Below, one piece after another: positions 49,351 to 57,938 of a DNA stretch of 64,000 nucleotides. Below the pieces are notes generated by a model. It was not told where the DNA came from. It saw only the letters and a list, made by a program, of their open reading frames with translations, and searched no databases. A program made the translations under genes and the position numbers. How positions within the stretch are numbered: position 1 is the first letter of the stretch; the number at the start of each line of letters is the position of its first letter. This stretch comes from Candidatus Latescibacterota bacterium (GTDB lineage: Bacteria > Latescibacterota > UBA2968 > GCA-2709665). The stretch spans positions 2,368,001 to 2,432,000 of the forward strand of contig CBDCOX010000002.1 in assembly GCA_965219995.1 (NCBI GenBank). The letters are read 5' to 3'.

Positions 49351-50361
49351 ATGGTCAGACTGGTCCAGCTGATCCACGCCGAAGCGGGGCGGCGCATTGC
49401 AGCGGTCGACGGCGACCGATGCCGGCTGATTGACGGATATACGTCGGTTCACGGCATCGCGAGCTTCGTGCTGCAATCCGGTAACGCCCTGTCCGCGGAA
49501 GTCGAAGAACGACTTGGAACCGACTTCCAGGACTACGACGCCATCTACCACGGCCGGTCCGAATGGAAGCTCCTGCCCGCATACGATCACCCCGGTGAGC
49601 CCTCCCGCTGTCTCGTGGCCGGCACCGGGCTCACCCACCGGGCAAGCGTTGACAACCGGCAGGCCATGCACAAACCGGACGGCGCCGGTGAGACGCAGAT
49701 CACCGACAGCATGCGAATGTACCAATGGGGTCTGCAAGGTGGCAGGCCGGAGCCCGGTAACGTCGGCGTACCGCCGGAGTGGTTCTACAAAGGCAACGGC
49801 GCCATCCTGCGCGCGCACGGGGACCCGCTGGACGTTCCGGCGTTTGCGGGCGACGGCGGCGAAGAACCCGAAGTCGCCGGGGCATATATTATCGATTCTG
49901 AAGGCAATCCCAGGCGAATCGGCATGGCGGCCGGCAACGAATTCTCCGACCACGTAACGGAAAAGAAAAACTACCTCTATCTGGCGCCCTCGAAACTTCG
50001 CACCTGCTCTTTCGGGCCCGAACTCACCCTCGACCCTGATTTTGAGGACGTGGCCGGGGAAGTCGTGATCGAACGGAACGGGTGCAGGATCTGGGCCAGA
50101 TCTATCGCCACCGGCGAAGCGAACATGGCGCACAGTCTGGCCAACCTGGAACACCACCATTTCAAGTACCCGCAGCACCGCCGTCCCGATGACGCGCACA
50201 TCTTCTTCTTCGGCGCGGATGCGTTCAGTTTCGGCGCGGACGTCACCCTGGCGGACGGAGACACCATGAGCGTCTCCTGGAACGGTTTCGGCAGACCCCT
50301 GAAGAATCCCCTTCGGATCGATGAAGATGAGGAAACCCTGATCCGGGTGGATCCACTGTAA
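49351..50361 (+). CDS. AraD1/GguC-type fumarylacetoacetate-hydrolase family protein (sugar-acid metabolism)
   Basis: GTGLTH, TDSMRM, PEWFYKG, GGEEPEVAG, GNEFSDH, NYLYLAPSKLR, EHHHFKY. Confidence 0.85.
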   Translation: MVRLVQLIHAEAGRRIAAVDGDRCRLIDGYTSVHGIASFVLQSGNALSAEVEERLGTDFQDYDAIYHGRSEWKLLPAYDHPGEPSRCLVAGTGLTHRASVDNRQAMHKPDGAGETQITDSMRMYQWGLQGGRPEPGNVGVPPEWFYKGNGAILRAHGDPLDVPAFAGDGGEEPEVAGAYIIDSEGNPRRIGMAAGNEFSDHVTEKKNYLYLAPSKLRTCSFGPELTLDPDFEDVAGEVVIERNGCRIWARSIATGEANMAHSLANLEHHHFKYPQHRRPDDAHIFFFGADAFSFGADVTLADGDTMSVSWNGFGRPLKNPLRIDEDEETLIRVDPL

Positions 50362-50447
50362 CCGCGGAAGGCCCTGCGTCGCATCTCCGAGGCGTCCGGC
50401 TCGCGGGCACGACTTCGAACCTTCTCCCTACCTGAAGGACATAACAG

Positions 50448-51293
50448 ATGATTATCGACGTACACGCCCATGTCTTCAGGTACCCGGAACACTTTACCGA
50501 GCGGTTTCAACGCCAGGCCATGCGCGCCCGCGGCGACTCGGAAATCGATCTCTCGGCCGGTTATGAAGCCTACCTCGCCCAGGCGCGCGAGCCGGTTCGA
50601 ACAGTCGTCTTCGGTGGGAAAGCGAGGCTGAGCGGAATCTGGGTAGACGACCGCTACGTTGCCGCGCGCGTGGCGGAAAACCCGGATTCGCTCATCGGTT
50701 TCCTGTCGGTCGACCCCACTCAGGAGGCCTGGCAGGAGGAGTTGAGAGAGGGTCACCAGGGCCTCGGCCTCAAGGGGATCAAGTTGCTCTCGATGTACGC
50801 CGGTTTCAGACCGGACGACCCGTCGCTCGATCCGCTCTGGCGCTACGCCGCGGAACACGGCCTTCCCGTACTGCTCCATACCGGAACCACCTTCGTCGCC
50901 CAGGCGCCCCTGGAATGTACGCTACCCCGTCACCTGGATCCGGTCGCTATTCGTTTTCCGGACGTCAGGATCATCCTGGCGCATCTGGCACATCCGTATG
51001 AAGGCGAATGCGTTGCCGTGATCCGAAAACACCCCAACGTCTACGCCGACGTCTCCGCCCTGCACTATCGTCCCTTCCAGCTCTACCACAGCCTCATGCT
51101 CGTTCAGGAGTACGGCGTCTGGGACAAACTCCTCTTCGGCACGGACTATCCGTTTACCACGGTCGACGCCTCGCTGGACGGCCTCCGCAGTCTGAACAAG
51201 ATGCTCGAAGGCACGGCGCTTCCCCGCCTGGACGCAGATGAAATCGAATCGGTCATCTATAGGGACAGTCTTTCCATCCTGAACCTCGATTAG
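50448..51293 (+). CDS. Amidohydrolase family protein (Amidohydro_2)
   Basis: IIDVHAH, LKGIKL, LLHTG, ILAHL, NVYADVS, LLFGTDYP. Confidence 0.9.
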   Translation: MIIDVHAHVFRYPEHFTERFQRQAMRARGDSEIDLSAGYEAYLAQAREPVRTVVFGGKARLSGIWVDDRYVAARVAENPDSLIGFLSVDPTQEAWQEELREGHQGLGLKGIKLLSMYAGFRPDDPSLDPLWRYAAEHGLPVLLHTGTTFVAQAPLECTLPRHLDPVAIRFPDVRIILAHLAHPYEGECVAVIRKHPNVYADVSALHYRPFQLYHSLMLVQEYGVWDKLLFGTDYPFTTVDASLDGLRSLNKMLEGTALPRLDADEIESVIYRDSLSILNLD

Positions 51294-51411
51294 CCCGATG
51301 CGCATCGACGCTCGGGCAAACAAAACGGCCGCCCGGTGGCGTGGGCGGCGCGGGTGCTGCGTTCCTTTCGCTTTGATGGTGGCGCATGAACGCCAGGTTG
51401 ACTGATTTCCG

Positions 51412-52359
51412 TCAGTCAGCGTCCGGCTGCGCCCCTCCTCCCGTCCACGCAGCGCGGCCCCTGGTGTCCAGGTCCAGGGTCGTCCCCCGATCCGGCAGCG
51501 GGACCAGGGTGCGATAGGCCTCCGCAATTTCGGCTGCCGTTGCAGGAACCAATGCGCATCCCTGCCGTTCGCAGATCTCACGCGCAGCCGCAACGACTCC
51601 CAACATGGTCTCCCTTCGAAAGTCCACAGCGTCTCCGTAATCGAAGATGTTGTGCGTCAACGCCTTCAGGACCTTCACGGGAATGGCGCTTCCATTCTCG
51701 ATCTGTCGCTGCACATTCTTGTGAATCGTATACCAGTGGTTCTTGGCGTCCACCAGTTCGATGCGCAGGTCCTGCGGGTGCGCCCCGCCCCACATCCGCG
51801 AGTCCACGTCCACCGTGGGCGGAATATCCACGAAATCCACGTCCCCGGCAAGGGACCGGTTGTACCGGTGCGGGTAGTGGACGTCCAGCGGCGAACTTCC
51901 CCAAACGCAGGCGCATTGCGGCAGGTTTCGCGTTGGCATGGAGACGGTGCCGTGCGTGAATCCCAGCGCCTCCAGCGCGGGAAACGTATGGTCATTCGCC
52001 GAGAAATAACCGGGCGTGAATACGGCCGGCGGACGGCCCATGGCATCGGCGAACACATCCATCCCTTCCTTCAGAATTGCCGTCTGTTCATCGAATCCGT
52101 ATACGCCGAAGAACTCCTCGTGCCCCTGTTCCGCCGGATGAATGTGCAGGCCCACTTCGTGCCCCGCCGACTCCAGTTCACGGTACACCGGCGCGTGTAC
52201 CTGCATGTCGGATGGGATGACGACAAACGTCCCCTTCGTTCCGGTCTGCGAAAAGACCTCACCCAGCCCACGGATCGACCGCTCGCCCAGCGCGGGATCG
52301 TCGATACTGCGTTGCGTGGATTCGCAATCGACCTGGACGTTGAAGAGAATCTCTGTCAC
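51412..52359 (-). CDS. Polysaccharide deacetylase (CE4-like) family protein
   Basis: VDCE, KGTFVV, GHEVGLHIHP, FTPGYFS. Confidence 0.7.
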   Translation of the reverse strand: MTEILFNVQVDCESTQRSIDDPALGERSIRGLGEVFSQTGTKGTFVVIPSDMQVHAPVYRELESAGHEVGLHIHPAEQGHEEFFGVYGFDEQTAILKEGMDVFADAMGRPPAVFTPGYFSANDHTFPALEALGFTHGTVSMPTRNLPQCACVWGSSPLDVHYPHRYNRSLAGDVDFVDIPPTVDVDSRMWGGAHPQDLRIELVDAKNHWYTIHKNVQRQIENGSAIPVKVLKALTHNIFDYGDAVDFRRETMLGVVAAAREICERQGCALVPATAAEIAEAYRTLVPLPDRGTTLDLDTRGRAAWTGGGAQPDAD

Positions 52360-52399
52360 GACGCTTCATCTCCCGGCTAACGGCATGAACCTCTCGCGA

Positions 52400-54148
52400 T
52401 CACCCCACCTCCGTCCGCCCCTCAAACGGATCAACCGTTCGGTAATCCCGCTCTACCGATTCGTCCCGATCACGAAATACGGAAAGTCGCAGTGGCACGG
52501 ACGTCTTCCCGGCCAGTGAACCACGTATCCCGTCGCCCTCCACCGAGACCTCGTCGAGCCACACGCCGTCTTTCCCCTTCAGGTAATGGCCGATTTCGTC
52601 GTGGCTCGCGTAGATTTTTTCGAACCCGTCCGTCAGTTCGCGGGTCCGACCGAGAATCCGGTCCCATTCCTTCATGGTCACGGCGTCGAACTTCTGTTCG
52701 TGGGTCACGATTTCCGCGTAGAACCCGGCGCGTAGCCCATGGCGGATCTGCAGGGCTGCATTTCCCGCCGCTTTTTCGACGTCGACTCGTTCGCTCTCGC
52801 GCAGATAGGGCGTGCAACCCGTCAGGAAATCCTCCTGGTGTCGGGCCAGCATGGCTGCGAACGCGAAGAAGTCGTGGTCGTCGGGCAGGTAGTCGTAGTA
52901 ACACGTCTGCAACCGGTACGGCCAGAAACCGTCCTCCATGCACATGTCGGCCTTGTGCAGCCCCGTCTGTAACGCCGGGCAGAAAAACCGGTGGCCGCGT
53001 TCCTTCAGGAATGGCAGCGCCCTGACCCCGTATTCCCCCCAGTGGAATCGCAGCGTTTCGCCTGGCCTCGCCCCCACCCGCTTCCAGAACGCATCGGCGA
53101 AGGCGAAGTTGGACGTCAGTTCTTCGTGCGAACACTCGCCCTTTCCGAAATTGTAGATCAGCAGCCGATAGTAGTCCAGCGCGTGGCTGTTGTAGTGAAT
53201 CTCCCCGCTCTGAATACCCGCCCTGATTTTGGGAAACAGCCGCTCCGGTACGTTCGCGATAAAAAGGGAGGGCATTGGTTTGTACCCATGGCGACTCGCG
53301 ATGTCGGCGAACGCGAAATCGTGGCGTCCCTCGCAATCGTCCCACGACATCGTCACGAACGGCGGAATCATGTTCGCGGCGAACGGCTTGCGGGCGGTCC
53401 AGACGATCGACCGCCAGAACAGATCGTCCAATCCGCGGGCATGCCCGAAGAACGCGTTCCGCCACACCCTGGAATTCAGCGTGAACTGCACGGCTCGGCC
53501 CGCTCCCCATTTCGTCGCGAACGCCAGCGGAAAATTACGCGGCTCGAACGCGCTCCATGGCGCGAGGTGCCGGATGTAGATCAGCTGCTCCTTTCCCAGA
53601 ATCCCGTCTGCAAGCGGGACCACCGAGTCGCCCCATTTTTCGACGGCGATCGCCGTCACCATCCGGTCGAACGTATGAAATTCTCCGGGAGATTGCAGTT
53701 CCGTAATGTAATGTCCCGTTTCCCCTACGCGTAATGTATCCGTGGCGTACGGGTGCGGGTTGAGCCGATCGAACCCGAAGATCTCCAGAAGCGGCCCACC
53801 GTATGCCCTCAAATCGTAGTCGAAATTGACCAGGCCGGCGCCCTCGCGGACCGCGTCCGAAATCAGACCCGCCTCCGCGTCGCTGAGACTCCCGCCCAGC
53901 CCGTTTTGCGCAAGGACGATTCCCGCGCACCGGCTCATCGCTTCCGCCGTCGGCCGCTCATTTTCCAGGTCCAGCAACCGCCAGGGCATCCCGAAATGCG
54001 CCAGCGCGACCAGGACCGTCTCGTCCACGATCATCCGCTCCCAGTACGGCCCCCCGCTGTCGATCACCACCAGCAACGAACCGTTACCGGACGTGGTATG
54101 GCGCTCTCGCTGCACCCGCCCGTTGCCCAATACCATGGCTTTCTCCAT
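52400..54148 (-). CDS. Hypothetical protein with a possible deacetylase-like barrel domain
   Basis: Long ORF with coding-like bias; AGRAVQF and VTMSWDD motifs; start at 54148 or 54136. Confidence 0.65.
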   Translation of the reverse strand: MEKAMVLGNGRVQRERHTTSGNGSLLVVIDSGGPYWERMIVDETVLVALAHFGMPWRLLDLENERPTAEAMSRCAGIVLAQNGLGGSLSDAEAGLISDAVREGAGLVNFDYDLRAYGGPLLEIFGFDRLNPHPYATDTLRVGETGHYITELQSPGEFHTFDRMVTAIAVEKWGDSVVPLADGILGKEQLIYIRHLAPWSAFEPRNFPLAFATKWGAGRAVQFTLNSRVWRNAFFGHARGLDDLFWRSIVWTARKPFAANMIPPFVTMSWDDCEGRHDFAFADIASRHGYKPMPSLFIANVPERLFPKIRAGIQSGEIHYNSHALDYYRLLIYNFGKGECSHEELTSNFAFADAFWKRVGARPGETLRFHWGEYGVRALPFLKERGHRFFCPALQTGLHKADMCMEDGFWPYRLQTCYYDYLPDDHDFFAFAAMLARHQEDFLTGCTPYLRESERVDVEKAAGNAALQIRHGLRAGFYAEIVTHEQKFDAVTMKEWDRILGRTRELTDGFEKIYASHDEIGHYLKGKDGVWLDEVSVEGDGIRGSLAGKTSVPLRLSVFRDRDESVERDYRTVDPFEGRTEVG

Positions 54149-54239
54149 TGTGTCGGTGACGCGCGTGAGCTTAGATTCCACTTTGTTTATTCGTCGGATT
54201 GGCGCAGGGGGTGAACGCGTGCCGCGCACTCGCTTCGCG

Positions 54240-54713
54240 TCACGGGGCATACAGTAACTCTTTGGTCTGCTCGATTTCACTTGCGATATAGCGGTTCTTC
54301 ACGGCGCCTGAAACCACCAGGTCCACTTGCTCCCCCAATATGGATCTAAGCGCTTCCAGCAGGCCGAAATAGGCATCGACCCGGGCATAGAACAGTCCGT
54401 TGAAATAGTCGCTCTGCAGGCGAGGCCGAGCCATTGTGGCCGAAGACAAGACGCGCGACCGACGTGAATCTCAGATTCGGGGAGGGAGCGCAACGCCGTA
54501 ATTCGGTCACAAGGGCCGGACGTAGCCCGGATGGACTTTGTCAACGGGCTGTTAAGGTTCCATGGGACCGAATTCGACCAGGAGATCCACGTCGCTGCGG
54601 CCGGGCTGAAACTCATCGCGCAACGCCGATCCAAATGCGTCCAGCCGGGCAACGCCAGATCGTCTGCAAGCTGTCGATATGGCGTCCAACTTTGTTTCAA
54701 GCAACTGTATCAT
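54240..54713 (-). pseudogene. MNT (minimal nucleotidyltransferase) antitoxin split by a MITE
   Basis: 5' half MIQLLETKL...AFGSALRDEFQPGRSDVDLLVEFGPMEP*; 3' half YARVDAYFGLLEAL...VDLVV..AVKNRYI..EIEQTKELLYAP. Deleting 54390-54554 restores a 102-aa ORF. Confidence 0.9.
54390..54552. mobile_element. 163-bp MITE with imperfect terminal inverted repeats and TA target duplication
   Basis: Left end acagtccgttgaaatagtc vs reverse complement of the right end acagcccgttgacaaagtc (16/19); TA at 54388-54389 and 54553-54554; interrupts a recognisable gene. Confidence 0.85.
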
Positions 54714-54761
54714 CGATATACCTGCTACAGTCAGGTATGCGAACCCCGGAGAGCCGCCCCA

Positions 54762-55013
54762 TTACGGCACGCTGACGGGTACCAACAGATCCATTTCGGC
54801 GTTGCGCTCCGGGAGCGTCGCCAATGCGATTGGAAGCGGGTCGCCGTGTTCAATGCACGACTCCGCGATCTTGCGCGCGAGACCTTGCGCAATCTCCGCA
54901 GCCTCGGTGACGCTGCGTCCTTCCGCAACCAGACCAGGTACGTCGGGACTCGTGGCCAAAAAACCACCTTCGTCCAATGGCTCGATACGAAGCCGGATTG
55001 CTGATTCCTTCAT
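54762..55013 (-). CDS. hicB: HicB-like antitoxin
   Basis: IEPLDEGGFLATSPDVPGLVAEGRSVTEA...HGDPLP; RBS gggag. Confidence 0.85.
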   Translation of the reverse strand: MKESAIRLRIEPLDEGGFLATSPDVPGLVAEGRSVTEAAEIAQGLARKIAESCIEHGDPLPIALATLPERNAEMDLLVPVSVP

Positions 55014-55034
55014 CGGGTTGATCTCCCTGCTTAA

Positions 55035-55323
55035 TTAAGCTGCCTGGGGTTTGACGTAGACTTCGACTTGCATCCCCGCCTTCGCCAGCATGTTGATCAG
55101 TTTATCCACACTAAAGCGACAAATCTCGCCGTTCATTAGATTGCTGATGCGTGGTTGGGACTCGCCAAAATGCCGCAGCAGCCTGCCGTTGGGTCCAGCC
55201 GTTGACTTCGATGTACTTTCTCAGATCCAGCATCAAGTCAGCACGAACCCTTAAGTTTACCGCTTCTGCACGATCAAAACCGATGTCTTCGAATACGTTC
55301 TCGCCGCCCTGGACTACTTCCAT
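55035..55323 (-). pseudogene. XRE/HigA-type HTH antitoxin with a single-base frameshift
   Basis: NVFEDIGF..AEAVNLRVRADLM...WTQRQAA, then one extra base near 55170-55175; the shifted frame continues GESQPRISNLMNGEICRFSVDKLINMLAKAGMQVEV*. Confidence 0.85.
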
Positions 55324-55463
55324 GGCGTTTATCCTTAATTTCCGATAGGCTATGTCGAATGGATTTTACAAAACGCAGGATTGAGAACTCTCTTGATTCA
55401 ACTGGGATTTTATCCTGCCCATCCTGTCCATCCATGTTTCTTCCAATTACTCAACCCAATGGA

Positions 55464-56606
55464 CTAAATTCTAATCTCCCAGAGATACCCGCTGCGGTAG
55501 GGGCTGTCGTTCTCGCCCGCGTAGATCGTCCCGTCGGGGGTGACGGCCACGTCGTGCACCTGCCAGCAGTGGGCGTCGCCGTCGGACACAGGACCCTGCA
55601 GGTCCCATGTCTCCGCATCGGGGTCGAAACGGATCACCTCGCACTTCCCGTCCCGTCCGGTCACGCCGTACGCGGCTCCGTCGGGTCCCGGCTGCAGGGT
55701 TGTCAGCCGGCTGCGCCGGTCGGGTACCGGCGTGCCGAGATACGTGCCCATCCCGGTTTCCGTGTCGATCCGGTAAATCGACCCATTCGCGCCGCTGGCG
55801 TACATGCGGCCATCGCCCAGGTTGAAGATGCCCTCCACTCTCTCGTATCCGTACGTCCCGTCCGGCTTCGGCAGACCCGCGTCGAAATACTCGATCCTGT
55901 CTGTCTCCGGGTCGAACTTGCAGAGCCTGTTGCGGTCCACCCCCGCGAAATTCTGCCAGGCCCGCGTGACGCTCCAGCCGCACCACACGCAGCCTTCGTC
56001 GTCCAGTTCCAGGTTCTCTCCCTGCGCCATCTCCATCCCGCTGCTGATCGGCCCCAGGTCGTCGGAACGGCCGTCGGCAAGATTGAACCGGAACATCCGC
56101 TCCGGCGTGAACGTCATTCCGTAGATCACGCCGCGTTCCTGGTCCAGACAGATCGACTGGATGTACATGTGCGGCATGGGAATGCCGATTTTCCGGAGTT
56201 CTCCGCTGGACGGATCGTACTTTACGATCGCGCCTCCTGGCGCTTCCCAGTACTTGTCGACATCGTGAAGGAGCGCGATTGCGCCGTAGAGACACCCGTC
56301 GTTCTCCCACCGGACGAGCGACCGGTGGAACTTGGCGTCGAACGGGTCCGCGATTGTGCCGTAACCCAGGTCCACAAACTCGCCGCTGGCCCTGTCGTAG
56401 GCGCGGAAGATGTCGGCGTCGAAGGACGTGATTCCCAGGTAAATGCGGTCGTCATCCGCATTGTGATACACGCTGTCCATGCTGATCCATCCCTCGCGCC
56501 AGGCCGCATCCGCCCTGAAATCGTTGTATTCCCAGTGGTCTTCGATCTCATTGTCCCACTGGTCGCCGTAGTCCACGTCCCGCAACTTGAGCGCCTTGAC
56601 CTCCAT
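55464..56606 (-). CDS. Cytoplasmic beta-propeller protein
   Basis: Repeats such as DGCLYG, IVKYDP, DGRMYAS, DGAAYG, DGTIYAG; RBS ggaga. Confidence 0.75.
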   Translation of the reverse strand: MEVKALKLRDVDYGDQWDNEIEDHWEYNDFRADAAWREGWISMDSVYHNADDDRIYLGITSFDADIFRAYDRASGEFVDLGYGTIADPFDAKFHRSLVRWENDGCLYGAIALLHDVDKYWEAPGGAIVKYDPSSGELRKIGIPMPHMYIQSICLDQERGVIYGMTFTPERMFRFNLADGRSDDLGPISSGMEMAQGENLELDDEGCVWCGWSVTRAWQNFAGVDRNRLCKFDPETDRIEYFDAGLPKPDGTYGYERVEGIFNLGDGRMYASGANGSIYRIDTETGMGTYLGTPVPDRRSRLTTLQPGPDGAAYGVTGRDGKCEVIRFDPDAETWDLQGPVSDGDAHCWQVHDVAVTPDGTIYAGENDSPYRSGYLWEIRI

Positions 56607-56668
56607 TTGATTCTCCTTTCCTGTTCCTGGTGGCAATCCGACGGGGATTGACCCCTCGTCGGCTGCAA

Positions 56669-57913
56669 CTATACAGCGTCGCTGATCTTGTTCAACGCCT
56701 TGAAGAATTCGTCGAATACTTCAACGATGGCCGCGGCGATCTCGTGTTCTTTGCCGGCTTCCCACTGATCGGGAGTCAACCTGGCGAACGCCTTCGTACC
56801 CTCCACCTCTGACGGGGACAACAGATCCCCCTTCAGTTCGTCCAGGATCGTCACCGGATCCACAACTGTCTCGCCCGTCCTGATATTCCAGAACGTACGG
56901 AACGGCATCCGGAAGAAGCTGTTTCCGATCCGCCCCAGTTCGTTCTGAATCAACCAGGTGGTGTCGAAGTGGGCCGGCGCGTTGCCGTAAAAGTGCAGAC
57001 GCCCCTTCATCAGGCGCGAAAATTTGGCGTTATCGAAAATGACAAGCGCCGGGTCCACCGGCACTTCCTGAAGCGCCGCTCTCCAGGCGCCGATGTCCGT
57101 GCCCGCCTCGGCGGGAATCAGCGTTACCGAATCCCTCAGCCGCTCCAGTATCACGCCCAGCGCCTCCTCCAGCACATCTTCCAGTTGCGACACGCGGGGC
57201 TCCTCGTACCACATCGGGATTTCGTAATGCGCGTGCAGGATCTCCCGGATCGGTTCCCAGCACCGCAATTCAGGGAAATGCCGCTGTGCGATCTCGTACG
57301 CGTCCAGCTTTCCGCAGATATTCTGCTTTTCCAGAATGCAGACGGCCGAATGTACCGGCGGATTGAAATAGTGCATGATCCGGCTGTGCAGGGGATACTT
57401 GTTTTCGTGGACGCCCAGGTTGATCGCGGGGTCGATCGTACGGTTGTAGCGCCCGTAATACAGGCAGAATTTCTTCAGGTGAAAGTATTCGTCCTTTTCG
57501 TCCCACGGCCTCCGGGCGAGTGTGTCCAGAGCCGCGCCGAGACTCTTCGGATCCTCGGTGAGATAGTACGTCCACTGGTGGTATTCCGGATAGTAGTTCC
57601 GCTCCGACGTCAACTCGGACCAGGTCAGATTCACGCCCGGCAGGTGTTCGAAATTCCGCGCCCAGCAGGGATATTTCTCACAGAGCCCCAGGTGGGTCTC
57701 GCCCATCACCGTGGACAACCGGCACCAGTCGTCCACCGTCATGCCGTCGTTCACGATAAACCGTGTGTCGAAGTCGCTCATTCCCGGCAGCAGATCCCGG
57801 AACATCCACTTGCCCGCGATCGCTTCGATCTTGTCGCAGTGATAACGGCACGCTTCATAGTACGTCCGGATATAATCCGCGAAATCATTCTCCGGCCTGG
57901 GTGCGAATTTCAT
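56669..57913 (-). CDS. Hypothetical protein with an N-terminal Pol-beta-like nucleotidyltransferase motif
   Basis: IEAIAGKWMFRDLLPGMSDFDTRFIV resembles hG[GS]x(9-13)DhD; RBS aaggag. Confidence 0.6.
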   Translation of the reverse strand: MKFAPRPENDFADYIRTYYEACRYHCDKIEAIAGKWMFRDLLPGMSDFDTRFIVNDGMTVDDWCRLSTVMGETHLGLCEKYPCWARNFEHLPGVNLTWSELTSERNYYPEYHQWTYYLTEDPKSLGAALDTLARRPWDEKDEYFHLKKFCLYYGRYNRTIDPAINLGVHENKYPLHSRIMHYFNPPVHSAVCILEKQNICGKLDAYEIAQRHFPELRCWEPIREILHAHYEIPMWYEEPRVSQLEDVLEEALGVILERLRDSVTLIPAEAGTDIGAWRAALQEVPVDPALVIFDNAKFSRLMKGRLHFYGNAPAHFDTTWLIQNELGRIGNSFFRMPFRTFWNIRTGETVVDPVTILDELKGDLLSPSEVEGTKAFARLTPDQWEAGKEHEIAAAIVEVFDEFFKALNKISDAV

Positions 57914-57938
57914 CGCAGCTCCTTCTTAACATAAGACT

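Noticed and set aside
54299-54700. 133-aa minus-strand ORF and 157-aa plus-strand ORF across the MNT region
   Set aside because: Off-frame artefacts; the region is better explained as a split MNT gene plus MITE.
55150-55180. Programmed frameshift in the XRE antitoxin
   Set aside because: There is no slippery heptamer, only TTTT; a one-base insertion or a sequencing error is simpler.
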